DNA of 64,000 bases from Alkalispirochaeta sp. (GTDB taxonomy: Bacteria > Spirochaetota > Spirochaetia > DSM-27196 > Alkalispirochaetaceae). Position numbers and translations under genes: made by a program. Shown here piece after piece: positions 49,203 through 58,837 of this stretch. Every line of letters begins with the position of its first letter. Position 1 is the stretch's first letter. Location of the stretch: contig CBDESZ010000004.1 of the NCBI GenBank assembly GCA_965242725.1, positions 160,001 to 224,000 on the forward strand. Reading direction: 5' to 3'. The notes beneath the pieces are model-generated. The model was not told where the DNA came from, did not search any database, and saw only the letters and a list, made by a program, of their open reading frames with translations.

Positions 49203-50555
49203 ATGAGATACGAACCGACGGGCAGACGGAAAATCATCGAGGACGCGCACCGGAAACGTCTGAAGGAGCATATTCAACGGGGAGGGGTCTCCCTTACCGT
49301 TGTGGAGAAGGAGCGACTCGACCCTACCGCTCCCGATCACGTGACCCTGCGGATAGGGTTTGAAGGGAAGGACCCCCATGGAGCGCCGGTCTTCACCGGC
49401 GGTCCGTCCTCCCGGGACTTCGGCGCGGTACCGGCCGACCGGGAACGGGCGGTACACGCCGCGCCGAATGACTATCTCCTTCTGCGCTGGCACAACACGC
49501 CGGATGCCGTCACGACGCTGATTCATCAGCTCGGCGATGATCCGGACCGTCCGGTCACGGTGAATACCTTTCACAGCGAGCTTTTCCCCGGCAGGACCGT
49601 CTCCGTACCCCTCAGGAAGGCGCTTTCGGACCACGTGGAGGCCCGCATTGCGGGTGTACCGTTGCTTGAGCGCTACAATTTGCACAACCTCGCCAAATCT
49701 GCCCGGGCCGGTCGTTCCCTCATGAAGGACTTCTATCGCATGGCCGACGGGGTGATCCCACCTGACGGCGGTAAGTCGCTTCCCCCGGGACGGGACGTTT
49801 CCCTGTCCGCCGTTATTGACTCCCTGAACGGTACCGCTCCCGATACGGAGACACTTTTTTCCCTGCAACCCCGAATCGCCTATCGGCCGTATACGATGAG
49901 TTCCTTCCGTAGAACAGGGGATAACCGTTTTTATGCAGAGATCACCGTAAGTGTCGTCACCCGGGAGCTCTTTGACGTGGACGGTACCGCCCGGACGGCG
50001 CCCGGCAGGGCAACATCGTACATCTCCACCCTGGAACCGGGGGATGTGACCACGGGGTATATTCTTCCCGACCGCCATCAGTTTCCTCAAACCCGTGCCG
50101 TCAACGCTCCCCTCATCGTGGTGAGTACCGGCGCCGGAATCGCCGGTCCCCTCTCGCTGCTTCGGGCGGGATATCACGGGGGGCCTCTCTGGGTCATCGA
50201 CGGCGTCCGCGACGGCGGGAGGAATCTTCTCTACGGTTCGGAACTGAAACGGTATGCATCGGATGGAACAATTGCCCGTCTGGATATCGCGGAATCCCGC
50301 CCCTCCCGGGAGGGGAGCAGGCCCCGACGGGTAACGGACATTCTCAACGAAAATCGGGAGGAACTGCTCCGCTGGCTTGACGACGGCGCCCATCTGTTTC
50401 TCAGTGGACAGCTCTCCATGGGAGTTTCCGTGAACAGCACTCTTGTTGATATCCTTGCCCGGTCGAAATATGACGGCGACCGGGACCGGGGATACCGGCA
50501 GCTACGGAGATGGTACGAAGACCAACGCTTTCAGGCGTCGGTCTCCCGGGTATGA
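49203..50555 (+). CDS. FNR-type flavoprotein (CysJ/P450-reductase FAD/NADPH module without flavodoxin domain)
   Basis: RPYTMSS, GRATSY, TGAGIAG, GAHLFLSG motifs. Confidence 0.65.
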   Translation: MRYEPTGRRKIIEDAHRKRLKEHIQRGGVSLTVVEKERLDPTAPDHVTLRIGFEGKDPHGAPVFTGGPSSRDFGAVPADRERAVHAAPNDYLLLRWHNTPDAVTTLIHQLGDDPDRPVTVNTFHSELFPGRTVSVPLRKALSDHVEARIAGVPLLERYNLHNLAKSARAGRSLMKDFYRMADGVIPPDGGKSLPPGRDVSLSAVIDSLNGTAPDTETLFSLQPRIAYRPYTMSSFRRTGDNRFYAEITVSVVTRELFDVDGTARTAPGRATSYISTLEPGDVTTGYILPDRHQFPQTRAVNAPLIVVSTGAGIAGPLSLLRAGYHGGPLWVIDGVRDGGRNLLYGSELKRYASDGTIARLDIAESRPSREGSRPRRVTDILNENREELLRWLDDGAHLFLSGQLSMGVSVNSTLVDILARSKYDGDRDRGYRQLRRWYEDQRFQASVSRV

Positions 50556-50570
50556 CGGTCTCCCGGTGGA

Positions 50571-51662
50571 TCAACTCGGCTGCTCCTGTACGCCGCCGAC
50601 GGTCATGATCGTGGACACGACGTCGACCAGGTAAGCCGCACCGTACTCGGTGGTATCTACGATGATGGTCCCCGACGCGCTGTCGGGAGGTCCGTCGGGA
50701 CCGGTTTCGGATACACTGGTCCATGAGTAGTGGACATTGTTCAGTCCGATATACCTGGCCGGTGTTTCCTCCGAGTCAATCGACATCGCGCCGTCAAATT
50801 CGGCGGAGAATGTTCCCGTCCCCTCGCTGACGACGATATCAAACTCGCCGGTTATTTCGGTTCCCGTGGCGTTATTGATGTCAATGTCCATGGTGATCTG
50901 TCCGTTTTCCCGGTCGATCCACGCTATTGTAAATCCTTCGCCGGTGATGCCCTCTTCCTCGGACAACAGGAAGTTCCACAACGACGTGACGAGGAAAAAT
51001 GCGTTTATGGTACTGAATGAGACGCCGTCGGCCATGATATTCACGATTGAAGACATCGCATATTCATCATCACCGGCGGTTATTGTACCCTCCGCCTCGA
51101 GCGGGAGATCCCCCATTTCTCCCTCCGCCGTAGTGTCGGTCGTCACGGTGACGGCGTCATAGGTAAAAGAGGGGAAATCGTATCCGGAAATGGTGAGGGA
51201 GCCGTTGAGCGTCACCGCCTCGGTATTGTCTGTACCGTCCGATGTTTTGGTGAGATTGATCGTCTCACCCTCTCCCGTACCGATGGTGAGGTCTGGAAAT
51301 TCCTCCGGCGGATCGGCGGGACTATATGCACTGAAGGTGACATCGGCCTCGACCCACGTTTCAGTTGTTTGTTCCACGATGCTCACGGTGATTCCAGCGG
51401 GCATCTGCCGGTCGATGGCGCCGCGTTCAATTTCTATGGCGGTAAAAATGTTTTCAGTAAGACCGAACATTCCAAGTATGACCGGTGCCGGTATCTCCGC
51501 CGCGGCGGTAACCGTTCCCGGTGGTGAAGGACCCGGGCCTGTTCCGCCGGTTTCTCCTCCGCCGGCGGCATTCGGATTCAGCACGTTTTCACAGGATGAG
51601 AAGAGAAACGTCCCGACAATAATCACGAGTGCCGCCATATAGTTCCTTCGGTGAGTGTTCAT
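50571..51662 (-). CDS. Hypothetical acidic lipoprotein
   Basis: AAGGAG SD; signal peptide with lipobox FSSC; G/P-rich tether. Confidence 0.7.
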   Translation of the reverse strand: MNTHRRNYMAALVIIVGTFLFSSCENVLNPNAAGGGETGGTGPGPSPPGTVTAAAEIPAPVILGMFGLTENIFTAIEIERGAIDRQMPAGITVSIVEQTTETWVEADVTFSAYSPADPPEEFPDLTIGTGEGETINLTKTSDGTDNTEAVTLNGSLTISGYDFPSFTYDAVTVTTDTTAEGEMGDLPLEAEGTITAGDDEYAMSSIVNIMADGVSFSTINAFFLVTSLWNFLLSEEEGITGEGFTIAWIDRENGQITMDIDINNATGTEITGEFDIVVSEGTGTFSAEFDGAMSIDSEETPARYIGLNNVHYSWTSVSETGPDGPPDSASGTIIVDTTEYGAAYLVDVVSTIMTVGGVQEQPS

Positions 51663-51856
51663 GTACGTCTCCTTTTGCGCCTCCTCAGACACGGAATAAT
51701 ATGACAAAAAAAGTCTTCTATTATCGAACATACCGCGATGCGGGTTGTCTTTCAAATTCTCCTGCCGAGGCGGGTTGCACGGGGCTGGACGGGAGAGATC
51801 CCCGCGGAACGCACGTTCAATTTTGAAAAAGAAAAGAGACTTCCGCCGGAAGGCGG

Positions 51857-52975
51857 TCAATCATCGATGGGATGGGTCCAGTCCCAGGTGCCGTCGGCGG
51901 TCATCGTTGCCCAGTAACGCTGGCCCGACGGGATGGTGAGTATGCCGCCGGAGGCTCGCCCGGAGATGAACTCACCTTCATAGCGGAGGCCGTCCGATTC
52001 CGTGAGTATGCCGAATCCATGGGGAGTCCCTCCGACGATTTCTCCCTCATAGGAGGTGCCGTCGGGCCAGATCGCCATTCCGTAACCGTGGGGACGGCCG
52101 TCCTTCCACTGACCTTCGTGGTAGCGGGCGGCTCCTGCGGTGAGGGGAACTTCTATCACGCCTGTGCCGGACCACTCCATGATTCCGACGCCGTCACGCC
52201 GTCCCGACTGCCACTCGCCCTGATAGCGGGAGCCGTTTGCCCAGCGGTATTCGCCCTGTCCATGGAAAAGACCCCGGTGAAATTCGCCTTTGTAGCGGTC
52301 TCCGTCGGATGTGGTGAGCGTCCCCTCGCCGTCCATCGTTCCATCCCGCCACGATCCGGAGTAGATGCTTCCGTCCGCCCAGGTGAGCGTGCCGTTTCCG
52401 TTGCGTCTGCCGTCCCGCCAGTTTCCTTCGTAGATGTCGCCGTCCCGGGTGGTGAGGATTCCGTATCCCGAGGGTTGACCGTCCCGGACGTCGCCGACAT
52501 AGGTGCTTCCAGGTAACTCGATGGTCATCGTTCCCGACGGGAGGGGGAGGGACGGCGGTAATGGCGGTGCGGGAGGTGGGGTGTCTTCCGGAGGACCGAA
52601 TGTGATTTCCTGCGGCGAGCGGGCGACGACGTCGACGCGACGGAACAGTTCTTCCCCCGACCGGGGACCCTCCGACGGGATGACGCTTATTATCTGGACG
52701 CCTTGGGGGAGCGACAGTACCAGAGCGCCCTCGTCGGGGACATCCCCCTTGAACGTTCCGTTTACGTAGACTGCAGCGGGATGGGAATACCGTACGGCAA
52801 CACTCCCCGTCGCGACCCCGACTTCTTCTCCCGCCTCTTCCCCCGTGTCGGGGCCACTTCCGGGAGCCTCCGACGGGGATTGGGCACCATCATCCGCCCC
52901 GAAAAGATCCGTCCATGTCGGTATCGTTGTGCAGGAGGCGACGATGAGCATGAGAAGGGGCGCCACGTACTTCAT
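51857..52975 (-). CDS. MORN-repeat lipoprotein with PEGA-like domain
   Basis: Lipobox VASC; repeated YxGxWxxGxxxGxG MORN units; Pro-rich linker. Confidence 0.85.
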   Translation of the reverse strand: MKYVAPLLMLIVASCTTIPTWTDLFGADDGAQSPSEAPGSGPDTGEEAGEEVGVATGSVAVRYSHPAAVYVNGTFKGDVPDEGALVLSLPQGVQIISVIPSEGPRSGEELFRRVDVVARSPQEITFGPPEDTPPPAPPLPPSLPLPSGTMTIELPGSTYVGDVRDGQPSGYGILTTRDGDIYEGNWRDGRRNGNGTLTWADGSIYSGSWRDGTMDGEGTLTTSDGDRYKGEFHRGLFHGQGEYRWANGSRYQGEWQSGRRDGVGIMEWSGTGVIEVPLTAGAARYHEGQWKDGRPHGYGMAIWPDGTSYEGEIVGGTPHGFGILTESDGLRYEGEFISGRASGGILTIPSGQRYWATMTADGTWDWTHPIDD

Positions 52976-53073
52976 TGACCATAGTGTAATGTGAGACGCA
53001 CGGATCGGCGAATAGATGGTATAATTGGTAACAGGTAATTGCGCTGTAATGTATTCCCATACAAGGAGGATCT

Positions 53074-54339
53074 ATGCATTACGCAGGTAAAACTGGTTTA
53101 TTCCTTGTCACGTTGTCGCTGCTCTCCTTTTCATTCCTTGGTGCACAGGCTGTCGACATTTCCGGCATCGCTCCTCAGGACCTCGATCCGTCGATGCTTG
53201 ATCTCAGCGACGCATCGTTCTATTTCCAGGGGCCACTTGAGTTGTATGTGGATGGCCTGCAGTACGGTGATCGTATGTATGCGGCGCTTCTCAAGTTTGA
53301 TGGAGCACGAACGATTGAGGTATATGCCCCCGACCGGTACGGCGCCGGGATGAGGCCGCAGGCAATCGATTTGAGTGATATCGAGCTGACCCCTCACAGC
53401 GACGGGACGATCACTATAGAGGGAGCCGCACTGGACGGTCATCTCTACGCCGCGACGGTGAGCTATGTGAATGGGCGAACCCTGGAGGCGTCCGCCGACT
53501 TTTCCCGTATCGGGGAGGTTCCCCGGGTACCGCCTGATGTGACGGCCCGGATTCAGCGCCTCCAGAACAACCTTTCCACTGCAGAAACAACCATTGCAAC
53601 CCAGGAGGAACAGATCCGGGAGCTGAGAAGGGGAGACGAGGCGATAGGAGATCTTCAGGATCGTATTTCATCACTGCGGAACGATGTGTCCCAGCGGGAT
53701 GAGCGGATCACGACCCTCCGCGACACCGTCAACACGCTGGAGACGCAAGTCCGTAATCTTGAGAACCCGAGAATCCCCGGGCTGCCGCGGATTCTGCGCT
53801 CCGGTTTTGACGGACAGAGCCTTTCCTTCGGCGACTGGGCGAGACCGGGCGACACTTTGCGCCAGACAGATCCGACAGCACGTTTTGCAAAGGTGGTCTT
53901 CCCCGTACGCCAGGCGGGCCGGGAGTTTACCTTTTCCGTAGAGGCGACGGTTCCCGATTCCGGATGGGTCGGTTACGGTCTCCATTTTCTTGCCGACCGG
54001 TCGGAAACGGTTCAGGGGTACGGGTACGGTGATTCCTACCTCGTCTGGTTGACCCGGGATCCCCGCAACCAGAGCGATCGCGGGTATATCCAACTGTACC
54101 GTTCATTTGACGACATCCATATGATTCAGGTTGCCAGCGCGATTCTTCCTATTTCCAATTTCAATCGCGTGCGTACCACGGTCTATGTGAATGCCGACGA
54201 CAATGAAGCGCAGGTATTTGTCCAGGGACGCTACGCCTTCTCCTTTCCCGCAGAAAACCTGAAGACCCGCGGATCATCCGTGGCCGTGCGGGCGTTGGGG
54301 CCGGTCACCTTTACGGATTTGACGGTCCGCGGACGATAA
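53074..54339 (+). CDS. Secreted hypothetical protein with central coiled coil
   Basis: AAGGAGG SD; signal peptide; heptad-rich segment (IQRLQNNL...LETQVRNLE); beta-rich C-terminal domain. Confidence 0.75.
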   Translation: MHYAGKTGLFLVTLSLLSFSFLGAQAVDISGIAPQDLDPSMLDLSDASFYFQGPLELYVDGLQYGDRMYAALLKFDGARTIEVYAPDRYGAGMRPQAIDLSDIELTPHSDGTITIEGAALDGHLYAATVSYVNGRTLEASADFSRIGEVPRVPPDVTARIQRLQNNLSTAETTIATQEEQIRELRRGDEAIGDLQDRISSLRNDVSQRDERITTLRDTVNTLETQVRNLENPRIPGLPRILRSGFDGQSLSFGDWARPGDTLRQTDPTARFAKVVFPVRQAGREFTFSVEATVPDSGWVGYGLHFLADRSETVQGYGYGDSYLVWLTRDPRNQSDRGYIQLYRSFDDIHMIQVASAILPISNFNRVRTTVYVNADDNEAQVFVQGRYAFSFPAENLKTRGSSVAVRALGPVTFTDLTVRGR

Positions 54340-54413
54340 CCGGGGACCGTACAGAACCGGGGGCGGCGTGCCGCCCCGTATCGTACGCCTCTGTCCGATG
54401 TAAGGACACGTTT

Positions 54414-56309
54414 TCAGTCCGTGGTGAGTTGATCGCCGATCTCATCCGATTGGGATTGTGCAGTTGCTTCCGCGTGTCCTTCCTGTTCCTCGTCGTCCCT
54501 TCCGTCCCGGGACGGAAGGATAAGGGTGTTAGTTGCATTCATGATGTCGACGATTTGCGTCCGATTGCGGTCACTCACCGCAGAAATGTCCGTCATCGCT
54601 CCTGCGATCGTCGTCATGCCGTCTCCGATACGTGCCATCACCTCGCGGGAGTGTTGTGATATCTCGCCGACGTTGCGCATCGCTTCCAGCATTTGCTGAT
54701 TTCCCGATTTCATCTCAGTCGATCCCCCGGACACGCTGCCCGCCATTTCCCGCATTTGGGACAATGCACTGAGGATCTCCGCCCCGCCGGTACGCTGTTG
54801 TTCCATGGCGCTGAATATCTCGGAGAATACCGAGCGAACCTCTTCCAGGGCCGCCTGTATTTCAACGAAACTCCGGGTGCTGACGGTGCTCCCGTCGACA
54901 AGGCGGGTGATGAGGTTCTGCATCGATTTTATATCTTTCTTCACCCGGTCGGACTGGAGACTCGTTGTCTCTGCAAGTTTGCGTATCTCTTCCGCCACCA
55001 CGGCGAATCCCCGTCCCGCCGAGCCGGCGTGGGCCGCTTCTATGGCCGCGTTCATGGCGAGCAGATTCGTCTGGCCTGCCACCCCGGCAATGAGCTGGTT
55101 TGCCTCCTGGAGACTTCGGCCGGCGTTTGACATTTCCACAACAAGCTCTTCCTGGCTCGCGATGGAACTCTGGCCCGATTGAGCCGCTTCCGTGAGTGTG
55201 CCGAGGCGTTCCCGGGCGTGGGTGGATACCTGGGTGATGTTCTCCACCGATGCGATCATTTCTTCTATCGCCGATGATGACTGTTCGATCATCGATGCCT
55301 GCTGCTGAACGCTTTCGTCGAGGGACTCAATATTGCGCGCCATTTCCTCGATGATCGCCGAAGTCTCGGTGGTGTTTGCGACGAGGTCATCATTCTGGTC
55401 CCGGCCGGTCTGAACGATGTGGTTTATCTCCTGAACCGTTTCCACGGTCCGGGTAGTACTCTCTGCAAGCTGATCCCCCGTATTGCTGAGAACATCCACT
55501 CGTCCCACGACGGTATTGATAATGCCTCCCAGCTCGCTGATGGCGACGTTGATGTTACCCGCAAGTTCCGCGACCTCGTCCGAACCGTTCACCGCGGACG
55601 ACGCGGTGAGATTGCCCTGGGCGAGGGCGGCGCTGACTTCCATGACGCCGTGTACCCGTTTTACGATACTACGGGCGAATAACAGGGCAAATATGAATGC
55701 CGCCATCAGACTGGCCACCGTTGCCGCAGCGAGTGTGATGATTCCGAGGCGCGCCGTCTGCTGCATGCGAAGGCGCTGATCCGTCAGTTCCGTCACGATG
55801 ATCTCTTCCGCCCGGGAAGCTTCATTAATATACCCGAGCCGGGCGTTGCGAAAGTTCCCTTCCAGGGTTGTGCTGAACTCCCCGAAGCGATCCATCGCGT
55901 CCATCTGCTCCTGGGCGAGGGCTCCCATACGCTCAAGATAATTTCTCATCTCCCGCAACGAAATGAATACGTTGTCATCCTCGGTCGCGGGGACGGTACG
56001 GCCGAGTACCTGGGTACCGCCGTCCAGAATGGCGGATACCGCATCGTTGCCGTCTTCCAGGTGTTCCTGAACCTGGGTAATGTCGCTTTCGTCGAGAAAT
56101 CCCGCGCCGATTGCGGTGAGCGTCAGATTGGCGTGAATCACCGCATTCTGAGCGCGTTGAATCTGGTAGAGATGAGGCGTATAGACATCGGCGACGACCC
56201 GTGCGGCGCCGTTCAATTGGATGATCTGCCATACTCCGATACCCCCGGCGACGAGGATGATGGCGGCGAGACTTTGGAACGCGATCATGAGGCGTGTGCG
56301 TAATCGCAT
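54414..56309 (-). CDS. Methyl-accepting chemotaxis protein (4HB-type sensor)
   Basis: Two TMs, [21 protein letters not shown]...[14 protein letters not shown]. Confidence 0.92.
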   Translation of the reverse strand: MRLRTRLMIAFQSLAAIILVAGGIGVWQIIQLNGAARVVADVYTPHLYQIQRAQNAVIHANLTLTAIGAGFLDESDITQVQEHLEDGNDAVSAILDGGTQVLGRTVPATEDDNVFISLREMRNYLERMGALAQEQMDAMDRFGEFSTTLEGNFRNARLGYINEASRAEEIIVTELTDQRLRMQQTARLGIITLAAATVASLMAAFIFALLFARSIVKRVHGVMEVSAALAQGNLTASSAVNGSDEVAELAGNINVAISELGGIINTVVGRVDVLSNTGDQLAESTTRTVETVQEINHIVQTGRDQNDDLVANTTETSAIIEEMARNIESLDESVQQQASMIEQSSSAIEEMIASVENITQVSTHARERLGTLTEAAQSGQSSIASQEELVVEMSNAGRSLQEANQLIAGVAGQTNLLAMNAAIEAAHAGSAGRGFAVVAEEIRKLAETTSLQSDRVKKDIKSMQNLITRLVDGSTVSTRSFVEIQAALEEVRSVFSEIFSAMEQQRTGGAEILSALSQMREMAGSVSGGSTEMKSGNQQMLEAMRNVGEISQHSREVMARIGDGMTTIAGAMTDISAVSDRNRTQIVDIMNATNTLILPSRDGRDDEEQEGHAEATAQSQSDEIGDQLTTD

Positions 56310-56550
56310 ATATGTATGACCTCCCTTGCTGGTCCGTGTGTTGTCAATGTGTGAAGGACTTTTTTATTTTGTGGAGGTTTTTTTGAAATGATGGCTCCAC
56401 GGCCGCGGACATACGGGCCGTCAGAGATGGTGACACCATACCGTTTTGCCGGCATTCTGTCCACTTCTTCTCACACGGGCACGCCTCTCTTGTGTCGGCC
56501 TTCAAAGGCGGGACATTCATTTCATCGTTCCGGTGTGTTATATTCTCTCC

Positions 56551-56964
56551 ATGAAATCACGACTGATTCTTGTAGTACTTCTTGTCTGTTTCATTGTCAT
56601 TCCCGTTGCGGCAGATATCGGCGCCGGTATCGTCCTCGGGTCGCCCTCGGGAGTGAGTGTGCTTATCGACAACCGTGTTGCCTTTGCCGCCGCGTGGAAT
56701 ATCGAGAAAAGTCTCCTCCATTTGCATGGAGATCTCTGGCTGTTGCGTCAGACACTGGATGATCCCCTGGACTGGTATGTCGGTGTGGGCGGCAAAGTGC
56801 TGGTCATGGAAGATCCATCAATAGGGGCACGGGTTCCGGTAGGTCTGCAATGGTATGCAACACCGGTGATTGAACTTTTTGCGGAGGTTGCGCCGGGTCT
56901 CAGAATCGTTCCTAGCACGGCCTTTGACATTGACGGCGGCCTGGGGATTCGATTTCACTTTTAA
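56551..56964 (+). CDS. Small outer-membrane beta-barrel protein (DUF3996/BAPKO_0422-like)
   Basis: Signal peptide; GIVLGSPSG, GARVPVG, ELFAEVAP, C-terminal GIRFHF beta-signal. Confidence 0.75.
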   Translation: MKSRLILVVLLVCFIVIPVAADIGAGIVLGSPSGVSVLIDNRVAFAAAWNIEKSLLHLHGDLWLLRQTLDDPLDWYVGVGGKVLVMEDPSIGARVPVGLQWYATPVIELFAEVAPGLRIVPSTAFDIDGGLGIRFHF

Positions 56965-56987
56965 CCGACACAACTGAATGCGTCAGG

Positions 56988-58256
56988 CTACTCGTGGTCG
57001 CCGTTTTTTATGAGGTCCACAAAGAGCTTTGTCAGCGTCGGATCAAGCACTTTGCCTGCCATCTGGGTGAGGATGCGGCACGCTTCCGCCGGAGGGTAGC
57101 TTAGTGGTTTTCCCTGGGAGATCCTGTACGGCCGTTCGGTGGTGAGGGCGCTGTAGACATCCGCTACGGCGACGATGCGTGCTCCCATGGGGATCGTTTC
57201 TCCCTCCAGGCCGTCAGGATATCCAGATCCGTCCCAATGCTCATGCTCGTGGCGGACGATGGGTACGACATCGCGATAAATTTCCATGTTTGACAGTATT
57301 TTTGCGCCAATAATGGTGTGCTGCTTCATGATCTCGAACTCCTCATCATTGAGGGGTCCCAGTTTTTTCAGGATACGATCGGGAATGGCGATCTTTCCGA
57401 TGTCATGAATGGCCGCCCCCGCCCGAACCGCTTCCATATCTTCATCAGACAGTTTCAACTCCTCCGCAAGTCGGACCGCCAGTTCCTCCACGTCCTGCGA
57501 GTGTGTCCCCGTGTACTCATCGCGTTCGGCGAGCATGTCGGTAATGCGTTTAAAGGCAAGGTGGGATTCCCGCCGCAAACGGAGGTAGTTCCGTGTGGAA
57601 TAGTGGACCAGTGACAGAGGCACGAAGGCGAGCATCAGGTAAATGATGGACGCCTCGTACAGCGTCGCCATGAGGGCAGCGAGGACTCCCATCGTTGAAA
57701 ACTGCAAATGAAGATTCTTCAATGCTGTTCTCAGGACCCGGAAAAAGCTTTCTCCACTGCTTAAATGCAACATACCTGCGACAAGACTGTTGTTGAGCAG
57801 GATATACATGAAAAACGATGCAATCATGGCGAGGAATTCACCAAATTCGGTCGGTGTCGCGGCGACGATTGTCTCAAATATGATTGCGGCAACACCGATA
57901 CTGATAATAAGTTGCCCCGTGTTGAAAATTACAGGCGCAAAGAAACGCCCGCGATCGGTCCGGAAGTAATCCCATCTGAGAACGATTTCCGCCGGCACCG
58001 TCGAGAGCGCGACAACCCAGAGAGCGAGCGGGAGACCTCCAATGTAAATGGCGGACATGACAACGGCAACGCTCGTTGAAAGGAACCAGCGCGGCAGGAT
58101 TTCCAGCTCATAGACCTGAGAGAGAAAGGAGCTGACGGTGAGAAGAAATAAAACTCCTGAAAGATCGGCGACATCTATCGCCATTAAGCCCAACAGAGGA
58201 AATGTGAGAGCGCCCAGTCCAACGAACGCGAGATACAAACGTACCCTCAAAGCCAT
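56988..58256 (-). CDS. Polytopic membrane HD-GYP domain protein (putative c-di-GMP phosphodiesterase)
   Basis: About 7 N-terminal hydrophobic helices; RDEYTGTHS, HDIGK, HEHWDGSGYPDGL, VADVYSALTTERPY. Confidence 0.9.
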   Translation of the reverse strand: MALRVRLYLAFVGLGALTFPLLGLMAIDVADLSGVLFLLTVSSFLSQVYELEILPRWFLSTSVAVVMSAIYIGGLPLALWVVALSTVPAEIVLRWDYFRTDRGRFFAPVIFNTGQLIISIGVAAIIFETIVAATPTEFGEFLAMIASFFMYILLNNSLVAGMLHLSSGESFFRVLRTALKNLHLQFSTMGVLAALMATLYEASIIYLMLAFVPLSLVHYSTRNYLRLRRESHLAFKRITDMLAERDEYTGTHSQDVEELAVRLAEELKLSDEDMEAVRAGAAIHDIGKIAIPDRILKKLGPLNDEEFEIMKQHTIIGAKILSNMEIYRDVVPIVRHEHEHWDGSGYPDGLEGETIPMGARIVAVADVYSALTTERPYRISQGKPLSYPPAEACRILTQMAGKVLDPTLTKLFVDLIKNGDHE

Positions 58257-58294
58257 TGGGGGGATAGTAGCATGTAATGGAATGGAAAGGATAG

Positions 58295-58329
58295 AAAAAA
58301 TAACGCCCCGTTACGTGGTAATCGGGGCG
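58295..58329 (-). terminator. Intrinsic terminator between the peptide gene and the HD-GYP gene
   Basis: CGCCCCG...CGGGGCG stem followed by UUAUUUUUU on the minus strand. Confidence 0.75.
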
Positions 58330-58386
58330 CTTATACGGATGAACGCCTGAAGCGTTCCGTTGTTTACATCGTTACGTGCGTGTCGA

Positions 58387-58533
58387 TCAACCGCCCCACT
58401 TGCTGCTTGAGGTAGCGATAATGACGAGCGCAGTTACGGCGATTGTTACCAGGATGGAACGTGAGTTCTGGATCTTGACGAAAAAATTGTTGACCCGATC
58501 AGCCGCCTTGTCGTTGTAACCTTGCCACTTCAT
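58387..58533 (-). CDS. Small peptide (48 aa) MKWQGYNDKAADRVNNFFVKIQNSRSILVTIAVTALVIIATSSSKWGG
   Basis: SD GAGGAGG; own promoter and terminator; one C-terminal hydrophobic helix. Confidence 0.75.
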   Translation of the reverse strand: MKWQGYNDKAADRVNNFFVKIQNSRSILVTIAVTALVIIATSSSKWGG

Positions 58534-58603
58534 ATGATTCCTCCTCAGGATTTTAGGTTCCCGAACCATTAATTTCAATAACTATTTTACCTTTACTAAC
58601 GTC

Positions 58604-58632
58604 AGTTTAAAACCATAAATTCTACTTGTCAA
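58604..58632 (-). promoter_or_regulatory. Sigma70-type promoter (probably strong) of the peptide gene
   Basis: TTGACA-17 nt-TAAACT with an A/T-rich UP-like tract upstream. Confidence 0.7.
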
Positions 58633-58837
58633 GGATATTTTTAAATTTTTTTTCTCTCCCTCTGGAGATGACGCTATTCGGTTGTTGAACAAGGTGTCGT
58701 CCGGTGGAACGCGATTGATGTGGAAAACGATGGGCGATCAGTATGCGCGAGCGCGCGGCTTTTTCTGCATTATAATACGGATTATTTGTTTCGAGAACGG
58801 GAATTAATGGAAAATATCGAAGTGGTGTGTGTTTGTT

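Noticed and set aside
51663..51856. Structured-looking 5' region of the lipoprotein gene with repeated AACCCGC
   Set aside because: No recognisable riboswitch consensus and no convincing terminator/antiterminator pair.
51900..52510. Repetitive DNA suggestive of an array
   Set aside because: Explained by protein-level MORN repeats; there are no identical nucleotide repeats with spacers, so it is not CRISPR.
56310..56460. Possible c-di-GMP-I riboswitch upstream of the MCP (GGCAAAAC on the minus strand)
   Set aside because: Lacks the GNRA-capped P2 stem and the GACGCAAAG / receptor consensus. An Rfam/Infernal scan would be needed to overturn this.
58660..58835. Short ORFs in the AT-rich spacer upstream of the peptide promoter
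   Set aside because: No properly positioned SD for a peptide of meaningful length and no promoter/terminator context; treated as intergenic.
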